Source: Parcubacteria group bacterium (lineage in GTDB: Bacteria; Patescibacteriota; Minisyncoccia; Moranbacterales; UBA9337). Taken from it: a stretch of 64,000 nucleotides of DNA. The stretch is from assembly GCA_041662245.1 (NCBI GenBank), contig JBAZSW010000002.1, positions 89,017 to 153,016 on the forward strand. The letters run 5' to 3'. Numbering within the stretch: position 1 is the stretch's first letter; the number at the start of each line of letters is the position of its first letter. Made by a program: the position numbers and the translations under genes. The notes beneath the pieces were generated by a model, which saw only the letters and a program-made list of their open reading frames with translations, did no database searches and was not told the origin of the DNA. Below are positions 1-11,000 of the stretch, piece by piece.

Positions 1-1901
1 GACGGGCCTACATTTTTTATAATGACGGCTCCATCCCGACTACGGCGGCCACGGCGGATGTGACTATTACAGGAGAAACCACTAGTAATTATTTCGGTCA
101 TGCGATGACCAGCGGAGATTTTGATGCTGATAGCAAAACCGATTTAGCCGTAGGCGCTTATGGTTATAGTACTAACACGGGGCGCGCCTATATTTTTTAT
201 TGCGATGGTTCTATCCCAACTACTGCCGCCACCGCCGACGTGATTATCACAGGTGAGGCTACTGGCAATTATTTCGGTGATTCTTTCAGCAGTGGAAATT
301 TTGACGGAGATAGTGATACGGATTTAGCTGTGGGGGCTAATTATTATTCATCTGCTACAGGGCGAGCTTATATTTTCTATAATGACGGATCCATTCCGAC
401 CACGGCGGCTACCGCGGATGTGATTATCACAGGGGAAACTACTAATAATTATTTTGCTAATGCGATGATAAGCGGAGATTTTGACGGAGATAGTGATACC
501 GATTTGGCGGTGACAGCTAGAGCCTATTCATCTACTTTGGGACGGACTTATATTTTCTATAATGACGGCTCCATTCCTACTACGGCAGCTACCGCTGATC
601 TTAATATTACGGGAGATGCTAGTGGTAATTATTTCGGACAATCTATGACGAGCGGGGATTTCAACTATGATGGCAAGATTGATTTGGTTGTGGGGGCTTA
701 TGGAATAGGGGTGAACACCGGCCGGATTTACATCTTTTATAATGATGGATCAATGCCCAATTCTATGGATACGGCGGACGTGATTATCACGGGGGAAGCG
801 ATTAATAATTATTTTGGACAGGCGTTAATTGGTGGAGATTTAAATTATGATGGCAAAACTGATTTAGTGGTGGGGGCATATGGCTATAATACTAATGTTG
901 GTCGGGCTTATATATTTTACAATGATGGTTCTTATCCTACCATGGCTTCTAGCGCCGACGTTAAAATTGATGGAGAAAACAGCGGAGATTATTTCGGGAA
1001 TTCTTTCTCTAGCGGAGATTTCAATACAGATAGTAGGGTGGACTTGGCAGCAGGCGCTTACAAATATTCTACCAATACAGGACGGGTTTATATTTTTTAT
1101 AATGATGGCTCCATCCCGATCACCGCGGCGACCGCGGATGTAACTATTACGGGTGGCACTACCAATAACTATTTTGGTTATTCAATGACCAGTGGAGATT
1201 TTGATTATGACGGGCGAATTGATTTGGCAGTAGGCGCTCATTATTATAGTAGTTACACTGGGCGGGCTTATATTTTTTATTGTGATGGCTCCATCCCGGC
1301 CTCGGCGACTTCGGCCGATGTGATTATTACGGGAGAATCCGGCTCTAATTATTTTGGTTACTCGATGACTAGTGGCGACTTTAATTCAGACAGCAGGACT
1401 GATTTAGCAGTCGGGGCTAATTACAATCTTACTAATCGTGGAGCGGCTTATATTTTCTACAATGATGGTTCTATTCCGACCACGGCCGCCACAGCGGATG
1501 TAAAAATATCAGGAGAAACGGCTAGCAATTTGGGATATTCTCTAACTAGTGGAGATTTCAATTCAGACAGCAGAACCGATTTGGCAGTTGGGGCTACGGG
1601 ATATAACAGCAATATCGGCAAAGCTTATATTTTTTATAATGACGGTACTTATCCATCAGCCGTGGCTGATGCAGATGTGATAATTTTTTCAAAAGTAATT
1701 GCAAGTAATACATATTTCGGTTGCGCTATGGTGAGTGGAGATTTTGATGGGAATAATCGGATTGATTTGAGCGTCGGATTGAAAGGTGTATCAAATTTAG
1801 GCGGATTTTATATCTATACGGTTGATGCCGAAGGGACCAAACCCAATTATGTGAAAATTAAAGAAAGTATCAGGATAAAGGGAGGAGTGAGGATAAAGTA
1901 A
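1..1901 (+). CDS. FG-GAP repeat (integrin-alpha-like beta-propeller) protein, 5' end outside the window
   Basis: The reading frame is open from position 3; the track ORF 60..1901 is an internal Met. There are about 10 tandem ~60-aa repeats of the form AYIFYNDGS...TADVIITGE..NYFG.SM.SGDFDGD..TDLAVGA, which is the FG-GAP consensus. Confidence 0.7.
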   Translation, partial: RAYIFYNDGSIPTTAATADVTITGETTSNYFGHAMTSGDFDADSKTDLAVGAYGYSTNTGRAYIFYCDGSIPTTAATADVIITGEATGNYFGDSFSSGNFDGDSDTDLAVGANYYSSATGRAYIFYNDGSIPTTAATADVIITGETTNNYFANAMISGDFDGDSDTDLAVTARAYSSTLGRTYIFYNDGSIPTTAATADLNITGDASGNYFGQSMTSGDFNYDGKIDLVVGAYGIGVNTGRIYIFYNDGSMPNSMDTADVIITGEAINNYFGQALIGGDLNYDGKTDLVVGAYGYNTNVGRAYIFYNDGSYPTMASSADVKIDGENSGDYFGNSFSSGDFNTDSRVDLAAGAYKYSTNTGRVYIFYNDGSIPITAATADVTITGGTTNNYFGYSMTSGDFDYDGRIDLAVGAHYYSSYTGRAYIFYCDGSIPASATSADVIITGESGSNYFGYSMTSGDFNSDSRTDLAVGANYNLTNRGAAYIFYNDGSIPTTAATADVKISGETASNLGYSLTSGDFNSDSRTDLAVGATGYNSNIGKAYIFYNDGTYPSAVADADVIIFSKVIASNTYFGCAMVSGDFDGNNRIDLSVGLKGVSNLGGFYIYTVDAEGTKPNYVKIKESIRIKGGVRIK

Positions 1902-1955
1902 TGTTTTTTAAAGAGAAAAAAACCGCCCCGTGGTATAATGGGGGAAGAGAGGAGA

Positions 1956-2257
1956 ATTTAAGATAAATTTTTAATTTTTATATTTTTAATTTTTAAATAA
2001 ATTTTAAAACAAAATTTTTAAACCAATAAAGTATGATCTTGATTGGAATTAAAACATTAAGATTTGAATCAAAATTTTAAATTTAAAGTTTAAAATGAAT
2101 ATAAAAATATTAAATGATTAAAACAGATACAAAATATAATAAGAAAAAGATTGAAATTAAAATTTATTCATTTAAAATTGATTTCAAATTTCAAATTTAG
2201 CCTTTAAAATTAGAGCTATATTTACAAAATTACAAAAATTATAAAATTAAAAATAGG
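1956..2257. repeat. Intergenic AT-rich repeat family A (about 300 bp), copy 1
   Basis: Near-identical copies at 3601-3905, 12823-13052, 14425-14621, 16166-16364, 26860-27096 and 41003-41215, with partials at 4880-5007, 14270-14333 and 25926-26040. Shared core: ...aaagtttaaaatgaatataaaaatattaaatgattaaaacagatacgaaatataataagaaaaagattgaaattaaaatttattcatttaaaattgatttcaaatttcaaatttagcctttaaaattagagctatatttacaaaa... Confidence 0.85.
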
Positions 2258-2279
2258 AAGTATGTCATTAGTCATCGTT

Positions 2280-2333
2280 TATACGATATTATCGTATATT
2301 ATGTTGACAAACTATACGATACTATCGTATAAT
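2280..2333 (+). promoter_or_regulatory. Sigma70-like promoter (TTGACA 2304-2309, 18-bp spacer, TATAAT 2328-2333) bracketed by two 19-bp perfect palindromes
   Basis: TATACGATATTATCGTATA at 2280-2298 and TATACGATACTATCGTATA at 2313-2331 are both perfect inverted repeats. They sit immediately upstream of the ATPase gene at 2360. Confidence 0.6.
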
Positions 2334-2359
2334 TAACGAATAACATATTAAAATTAATT

Positions 2360-3526
2360 ATGAAAGAATTATTGTATCGTTATAATCCATGGTGGGAGGG
2401 GGAGATTGACTTAAAAAATTCCATTTCACGCCCGATTTTTTTTCAAGAAATGCTTGATAATCTGAGAAAACGGCAGATAGTTATCTTGACCGGCCTTCGA
2501 AGAGTTGGTAAAACGACCTTGATGAAACAACTGATACGACACTTGCTTGATGAAAAAAATATCAAAGCCGAGCATATTTTTTATATCAGTCTAGATGATT
2601 ATTTATTAAAGGATAAAAGCATTCTCGAAATAGTTGAGGAATATCGAAAAATTCATCGACTTGCTCATGACAAAAAAGTATTTTTATTTCTGGACGAAAT
2701 AACTTATCAAAAAGACTTTGAAATTCAATTAAAAAATATCTATGATCAGGAAAATGCCAAGGTTTATGTTTCTTCATCCAGTGCTTCTGTTTTAAAAAGC
2801 AAGAAGTCTTTTTTGACCGGTCGAAACTCTCTAATTGAGATTATGCCTCTGAATTTTAAGGAGTATTTGCAATTCAAAAAAATAAAAATTAAAAAAGCTG
2901 ATAAGCATTTGCTGGAAGGCATTTTTGAAGAGTTTATGCAAACTGGCGGAATGCCGGAATATGTCTTGACTGGAGATGTGCAATATTTAAAAGAGTTGGT
3001 CGATGATATCATTCAAAAAGACATTGCGGCACATTATGGCATTAGAGATGTGCAAATTTTAAAAGATTATTTCCTTTTGTTGATGGAAAGATCGGGCAAA
3101 GTTTTGAGTATTAATAAAATTGCCAAAATATTGGATATTTCTCCGGATTCATCAAGACGATATTTAGATATGTTTGTCGATTCATATTTGATATTTTTGG
3201 TATCAAGACATGGCAAAGTAAATGAGCGTTTGCTATCTGCTAAAAAAATATATGCCGCCGATTTGGGAATAAAAACATATTTTTCTGGATTTAGGGATAA
3301 GGGCAGTTTGTTTGAAAATTATGTCTACTTACAAATTAAAAAAAATAATCCTGCTTATATTTATCAAGATGGCAATGAAATTGATTTTATGACTGACAAA
3401 AAAATCCTAATTGAAGTAAAATATAATGCCCAGATGAATGAAAAACAAAATAAACTTTTTGAGAAAATTGTTGCCAAGAAAAAGATTTTGATTAAAAATA
3501 TTTTCGATTTGGATAAATTAAAATAA
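2360..3526 (+). CDS. AAA+ ATPase with C-terminal DUF4143 / PD-(D/E)xK nuclease-like domain (COG1373-type)
   Basis: Walker A motif ILTGLRRVGKTTL; Walker B motif FLFLDEI; C-terminal motif NEIDFMTDKKILIEVKYN (D...E.K). Confidence 0.75.
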   Translation: MKELLYRYNPWWEGEIDLKNSISRPIFFQEMLDNLRKRQIVILTGLRRVGKTTLMKQLIRHLLDEKNIKAEHIFYISLDDYLLKDKSILEIVEEYRKIHRLAHDKKVFLFLDEITYQKDFEIQLKNIYDQENAKVYVSSSSASVLKSKKSFLTGRNSLIEIMPLNFKEYLQFKKIKIKKADKHLLEGIFEEFMQTGGMPEYVLTGDVQYLKELVDDIIQKDIAAHYGIRDVQILKDYFLLLMERSGKVLSINKIAKILDISPDSSRRYLDMFVDSYLIFLVSRHGKVNERLLSAKKIYAADLGIKTYFSGFRDKGSLFENYVYLQIKKNNPAYIYQDGNEIDFMTDKKILIEVKYNAQMNEKQNKLFEKIVAKKKILIKNIFDLDKLK

Positions 3527-3600
3527 ATTCCGACTTAGGGATCGGACCCTCCACAAGTTCATAATCTTTTTATGGTATAATGGAGAGAAGAGAGGAGGAT

Positions 3601-3905
3601 TTAAGATAAATTTTTAATTTTTATATTTTTAATTTTTAAATAAATTTTAAAACAAAATTTTTAAACCAATTAAAGTATGATCTTGATTGGAATTAAAACA
3701 TTAAGATTTGAATCAAAATTTTAAATTTTAAATTTAAAGTTTAAAATGAATATAAAAATATTAAATGATTAAAACAGATACGAAATATAATAAGAAAAAG
3801 ATTAAAATTAAAATTTATTCATTTAAAATTGATTTCAAATTTCAAATTTAGCCTTTAAAATTAGAGCTATATTTACAAAATTACAAAAATTACAAAATTA
3901 AAAAT
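3601..3905. repeat. Repeat family A, copy 2
   Basis: About 97% identical to 1956-2257. Confidence 0.85.
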
Positions 3906-4036
3906 TCTATAAACTGTGATTTAGAAGAGAGATACACAAAATTCGTAGAGACGAAACACTGCTTCGTCTGCATGCTACAAACTAATATTGACAATCTTTT
4001 GGCTCTGAAGATCTCTAAGTTAAATAAATTAAATCT

Positions 4037-4879
4037 ATGACCAATAAAAAAGAAACGATTTTATTCAAGAATGATCCGATTCGTAGGATTTGGGATGAAG
4101 ATAAAGAAAAATGGTATTTTAGCGTGGTGGATGTGATGCGGGTTTTGACAAGTCCGACTGATTTTCAAACAGCTAGAAAATATTGGAATAAACTAAAAGG
4201 ACGTTTGAAAAAAGAAGGAAGCGAGTCGGTGACAAATTGTCACCAACTGAAATTTATAGCTAAGGATGGTAAGTATTATGCTAGTGATGCCGCCGATACG
4301 GAAACATTATTCCGCATCATCCAATCTGTACCATCGCCAAAAGCTGAGCCATTTAAACTTTGGTTGGCCAAAGTCGGTTATGAACGCCTAAAGGAATCGG
4401 TTGATCCGGAGATTGCCCTCAATCGAGCCCGTGAAAATTGGGTTAAAATGGGCAGGTCAAAAAAGTGGATCGAGCAACGCATGCGTGGTCAAGAGATTCG
4501 AAACAAACTGACTGATTATTGGGGTGATCATAAGGTTAGTGAAGAAGAGGAATACGCCAGATTGACGGATATTATTCATAGGGAATGGAGTGGACTAACG
4601 ACTAAAGCTCATAAAAATTTAAAAAGTCTCAAAGGACATAATCTGCGCGATAACATGACCGAGGCGGAATTGGTTTTTACATCGTTGGCAGAATTAACGA
4701 CGAGAAACATTGCGGAAAAAGATAGAGCGGTTGGTTTTGATAAAAATGCTATTTCGGCGAAAAAAGGCGGGGCAGTGGCGGGTCGGGCGAAAGAAGATTT
4801 TGAGTTGCAAACAGGAAAGAAGGTTGTAAGCGGCGAGAATTTTTTAGCACCAACTAAAAAAAAGAAGAAAATAGTATAG
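4037..4879 (+). CDS. Bro-N domain protein (DinD / phage antirepressor-like)
   Basis: N-terminal motif IRRIWDEDKEKWYFSVVDVMRVLT...ARKYWNKLKGRL...SPKAEPFKLWLAKVGYERL is reminiscent of Bro-N / DinD family members. The family name is recalled from memory. Confidence 0.45.
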   Translation: MTNKKETILFKNDPIRRIWDEDKEKWYFSVVDVMRVLTSPTDFQTARKYWNKLKGRLKKEGSESVTNCHQLKFIAKDGKYYASDAADTETLFRIIQSVPSPKAEPFKLWLAKVGYERLKESVDPEIALNRARENWVKMGRSKKWIEQRMRGQEIRNKLTDYWGDHKVSEEEEYARLTDIIHREWSGLTTKAHKNLKSLKGHNLRDNMTEAELVFTSLAELTTRNIAEKDRAVGFDKNAISAKKGGAVAGRAKEDFELQTGKKVVSGENFLAPTKKKKKIV

Positions 4880-5007
4880 AAGAAAGAATGAATTGAAATG
4901 AATTTCGAATTTTGAATCAATTTCTAATTATCTAATGTTTCAAAATTAAAAAATTTAGATTTATTTACAAAATTACAAAAATTAAAAATTACAAAATTAA
5001 AGTTATA

Positions 5008-8000
5008 ATGTCCAAATTTCAAAAACTAATCTTAATATTTTTTTTCATATTAATCGGACTTTCTTCCGCAACTTTCGCGTCGGCCGCGGGGAATGTTTAT
5101 TATTCCGTCGGCCAATCCACCGCTAACCTCATGACGGGCGCGCCCAATGTGGCCATCACGAGTGGCGTGGCTACTTTTGACGTGGCGCAGACTGCCAACA
5201 TTGGCGTGGGGGATGTGATAGTGGCTAATGCCATTTCCTATTATATCGCCTCCAAAACTTCCACCACCGTTTGGAATGTAGTCACCAATACAGGAGCTAC
5301 GCCCACTGACATCACCTCCACTGCGGTCACTTCAGTGAAACACGTTTACACTTCTTTGAATTCGGCGGTGACAGGCGCGTCTACTCTTTTGGGCAGTTCT
5401 GACTTGACGACGGCCGACGTAGTTTTAAATATTCCTTGCTATTATGACTCCGCGGCTGACACGACCGCCGTGACTGTTAGTGGTTACACCACCGATGCGA
5501 CGCGGTATATCAAGATTTACACGCCAAGTAACACCACGACGGAAGCGAACAATTCGCAAAGGCATAGTGGGAAGTGGGATGCGACAAAATATCAATTGGC
5601 AGTATCTGGAAATTCCGCACTATATACGAGCGTCAGTTACACATATATTCAGGGATTGCAAGTGGCTCTTGATATAAGTGTATCTAGCACAAATATAGCG
5701 GGCATATTTTCTGTTAGTACATATGTGAAAATAACCGGAAATATTGTTAAGGCTAACAATACAGGCGTTCCTAGTTATTATAAACAGGGAATTAGAGTTA
5801 CTACCGTCGGAACGGGCGTTGGGGTTTGGAATAATATAATTTATGGATTTCAATATAGCGGGCTGACGTATTATGGTGGAATATCGGCGAACTCCGCTGG
5901 AGCTTATGTGTATAACAATACTGTATATAATAATGGGGGAGGTATCTACATTGCTGCAAATACTTTCGCCAAGAATAATATTTCCTACAATAACTCGTTG
6001 GATTATTATGTAGGTGCTGGTGCATTTGATGCTTCTTCTACTGGTAATCTTTCCAAAGATGCCTCCGCTCCGGCGCTCAACACATATTACAGAAATAAGA
6101 CATTGACTTTCGTCAGCACCATTTCCGGTGGTGAAGATTTTCATTTGGTTCCTGCTGATACGGATGCGATTAACAAAGGAGCGGATTTGAGTGGCGATGC
6201 CAATTTGCCATTCACCACCGACATCGATGGCGCGCCGAGGAATGCTTCGATTAATGCTTGGGACATCGGGGCGGACGAAGCGGCGACGCAGATTTTCCGC
6301 AGTGTCGCTCCGAGTGCCACGGCGGTTTTGGAAAGTGACACTTCGCACGCTCGCACTGTGACACTTACCAGCGGCGTGGCGACTTTTAGCAATGCTCTCT
6401 CTGACACCATCGGGGTGGGGGACGCGGTGCTGATCGACACGGGCGGCACGGATCAAGCGATTGATGCTTCAGACACATTATTATTCATCAGTGGTCGTAA
6501 TTCTTCTACCAGCTACAACCTACAAACTAATAATGGTTCTGTACCCAGTAACATTGCCAGCAACGATACTTATCAAATCTATCGCGCTTACACTTCCATC
6601 GCTAACGCCGAGGAGGGAACCAAAAACACCTCCATCCCTATCGCTTTCAATGGCGGCAATCGCAATATTTTCACCAACAATGAACAATGGAACATCGCGT
6701 GTTATGCCAATGGGACCACGGCGGATGCCAGGGCGGTAGTCAGCGGTTGGACAACGGGTACGAATAATTATATCAAAATCTATACTCCCGTGAATTTGAC
6801 CGAAGTGGGCACGAGCCAAAGGCATGCTGGCAAATGGGATGACAGTAAGTATAAGATGGAGATCAATGCTAATTTTTATATTTATGCAGCCAATACTAGA
6901 TTTGACGGAATCCAGATCAAGGGCAGTGGCAGTGAAGATGTCATCAGTTATGATAATTTCAATTCTTCCGGCGGAGAACAGGTCGTGTCCAATTCGATTA
7001 TCCGCGGAGGCACGCGCGGTATCGCTGGAGTGCGCGCTAATACAAAAATTAGGATTTACAACAATATCATCTATACGATGGCCAATGCTGGATTGTATCC
7101 TTGTCCTACCGATTCCTTTTGCTATATGTATAACAATACATTATACAATACAGGAACATATGGCATTTATACCAACGGTGGTACAGCCATTGCCAAGAAT
7201 AACATCGTCTATGGTGCTGGTAATTTTAACACCTATGCTGGGACTTTTTCGGTCGGGACGGATAACAACGCGACTGACAGCACGGATGCGATTGGACAAG
7301 GCTCCAATAACAGAATCAGCCAAACTTTCTCTTTCGTTTCCACCGTGAGTGGCTCGGAAGACTTCCATCTCCAGTCGACTGATGCCGGCGCGCGAAATTA
7401 TGGCGCGGATATGAGCGCGGATGTTAATTTTGCTTTTGCCACCGATATCGACGGCGCGTCGAGAAATGCGAGCATTAACGCGTGGGATATCGGGGCGGAT
7501 GAAACCGCTACCCAGATTTTCAGAAGTGTCGGACCCAGTGCTACGGCGGTGCTCGAAAGTGATACATCGCATGCTAGAACAGTGACTCTTACTAGTGGAG
7601 TGGCGACTTTTAGTAATGCTCTCTCTGACACCATCGGGGTGGGGGACGCTGTCATCATCGACACGGGTGGCACGGATCAAACCATTGATGCTAGTGATAC
7701 GATATTATTTATCAGCAGCAGAAATAGTGCTACCAGCTACCAGCTACAAGCTAACAACGGCTCCGTACCCAGTAACATTACTATCAATGACACTTACCAA
7801 ATTTACCGCGCCTACACCAGTTTGAGTTTGGCGGAAGCGGGGACGAAGAATGCGAGCATTCCGATGACTTTTAATGGTGGTGATCGCGATTTGGTGGCGA
7901 ATAATGAGCAGTGGAATCTAGCGTGTTATGCCAATGGAACGACGGCGGATACGACTGCAGTGACAGTGAGTGGCTGGATCACTGCACAACAGGATTTTAT

Positions 8001-11000
8001 TAAAATTTACACGCCAGTAACCACGACCGAAGTGGGAACGAGTCAAAGGCATAATGGTAAGTGGGATGATGGGAAGTATAGATTGGAATATACTGGCAGT
8101 TTCGCCACAACATTAGATTCTGCAGTGATGGATATTTGGGTGGACGGATTGCAAATAAAAAGAGTGACTACTCAAAATTATGGAAATATTATAGCCTTAC
8201 GCGTTATTTCCAGAAGTAAAGTTAGCAATAACATAGTTAATTTTGTTGATACTTATACCAATTCAACTAAAGCAATATCCAATGTGTCTTCAGATGGAAG
8301 TCCGAGTTATTTTTGGAATAATATAATGTATGGAACTAGTTTGGACTATGGATACTATCAGGCAGATGCTTATGGCTATGTGTATAATAATACTGTTTCT
8401 GGTGCTGGAGATGTTGGTTATTTTTCTGGTTTTCAATTGAGAATGTTTGTTAAAAATAATATTGCTCAAAATTGTGTGGATGGATTTTTGGCTTCAAGCG
8501 GAAATTTTGGTGTTGGTTCGGATTATAATATTTCTGATTTGAGTGCCGACGCTCCCGGAGCTAATTCCAAAAATTCTACCACCGTCGCTTTTGCTGACTC
8601 CGCCAACAAAGACTTTCACCTCGCCCCCACTGACACCGCCGCCAAAAATTCCGGCGTGGATTTGAGTACGGATGCTAATTTGCCAATCACCACCGATATT
8701 GATGGCCAAACTAGAAGTGCCACCCCCAGCTGGGATATCGGCGCGGATGAAGCGGCCAATGCTGTGTACTATAGTGTCGGTCAATCCACCGCGGACTTGA
8801 AAACTGGCACGCCTAATGTCGCCATCACCAGTGGCGTGGCCACTTTTGACGCGGCGCAGACTGGGAACATCGGGGTGGGGGACGTCATGATTGCTAATGC
8901 CATCTCATATTACATATCAAGCAAAACCTCCACCACCGTTTGGAATGTGGTGACCAATACGGGCGCCACTCCCGCCAACATCACTTCCACGGCCGTCACT
9001 TCCATCAAACATGTTTACACTTCTTTGAACTCCTCCGCCTCCGGTGCGGGCACGCTCTTGGGCACGACTGATTTATATACCAATAATTATCAAATTAATC
9101 TGCCTTGTTATTACGACTCCGCGGCGGACACGGCGGCCGTTACCGTGAGTGGTTACACGACTGCGGTGCCCAATTACATTAAGATTTACACGCCGAATAA
9201 TACTTCTACGGAAGCCAATAATTCGCAACGGCATGGGGAAAAATATGACATTACAAAATATCGACTTGAAGTAACTGACGCGAACGGATTGGCATTGACA
9301 GGAGTTGATACTAAAATAATTGGCCTCCAGATTAAATTGACTGCAACAACTAGCTGGAGATCGGCAATTGCCCATGGTATTAATTATAGAGGCAACATTG
9401 AAATAGCAAATAATATCATAAAAGGTGTTTTAACAGGTAATATAACAGATTTTGGTCTATGGATAAAAAGAAACAATGTAAATACGAAAATATATAACAA
9501 TGTTATTTATGGTTTCAAGAGTGATTTGACTGCCTCTTGCGCTGGAATGTGGTTTGGTTTTGAAGGAGGAGTCGGGTCGTCAATTAAGAATGTTTTTAAC
9601 AATACATTTTATGGAAATTATTATGGTTTGAACTCCATGGATGGCGGTGTTACTGTAGTGGCGAAGAATAATATTTCTTATAATAATCCATATAAAGACT
9701 ATAATGGTACTTTTGATGCTTCCTCCACCAACAACATTTCCAAAGATACCACGGCGCCGCCCTATAACACCTATTACACCAACAAAACCTTGTCTTTTGT
9801 CAGTACCATTTCCGGTGCAGAAGATTTTCATTTGGCCTTCACGGATACGGACGCCCTCAACAAGGGAGTAGATCTGTCGGCTGACACTAGTTTCGCTTTC
9901 ACCACCGACATCGACGGCCAAACCAGAAATCAAAACAGTCTCGGGTGGGACATTGGGGTCGACGAAGCAGCCACCCAGATTTTCTATTCCGTCGGACAAA
10001 ACACATCTGATCACAAAACTGGTTTGCCAACCGTGACAGTCAGCGGTACGACCGCCACTTTCAGTGTGGCACAAACAGCGACCAATATGGGCGTGGGGGA
10101 TCTGGTGACTTATACAGGTGGAATATGTTACCTGAGCGCCAAAACTTCCACCACTGTTTGGAGTTGTATATCTGCGACGGGTGGAACGCCGACCGCCGCC
10201 ACCAACGCCACTGTCACCAGCATCGCGCATGCGTTTGCGTCATTGAGTGCGGCAATGTCTGGGTCAGGTCCCGGAGCCAGCAATTCATCTCATCTTAATA
10301 CTACTAACTTAGTAACAAATAATTATCAACTCAACATTCCTTGCTATTATGACAGTGGGGCAGATACTACAAGAGGCAATGTATATGGCTTTACTACTGG
10401 TGCCAATAATTATATTCGCCTTTATACTCCGAATAATGTGGCAGCAGAAGTGAATCTTAGCCAACGGCATCAAGGCAAATGGGATGATGCAAAGTATCGT
10501 TTTGAATATACTGCCACAGGCAGTTCTGATTATGCCCTATATATACAAGAACCATATATCAAGATTGACGGATTACAAATCAAAAGTTCAGATGGTGGAT
10601 ATGGCTATAGCGCTGGCATTGGTATAAATAGCGTATATAGCATTACTAGCAGCAATTTAGAAATATCAAACAACATTATTAAGGCCGGAACGCTTACAAA
10701 CGCCACCGTTGCCGCTGCGGGCATTGGCAACTATTCTGGTGGAAAAAGTTTGATTTATAATAATGTCATTTACGGTTTTAATGTTGATGGATCAAGTACG
10801 AAGGGAAGGGGGTTGCATATTCGAGGAAGTGCCTATGTTTATAATAATACTTTTTATGATTGTTATCATGGTATTTATAATTATGATGGAACTGCTTATG
10901 CTAAAAATAACATCGTACAAAGTGCTACCGATGGCTATGCAGGATCATTCACTTCTTCCGATTACAACATTTCCAACCTTGCGGCTGATGCTCCGTCAGC

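Noticed and set aside
880-1143. 87-aa ORF 880..1143 (+)
   Set aside because: It is out of frame inside the FG-GAP repeat gene and has low-complexity hydrophobic composition.
2586-3012. Minus-strand ORFs 2586..2777 and 2764..3012; also 4609..4920 -, 13200..13749 -, 13843..14055 -, 15629..15811 -, 39913..40429 -, 40452..40676 -
   Set aside because: They are antisense to well-supported ATPase and Bro-N genes, short, and without their own signals.
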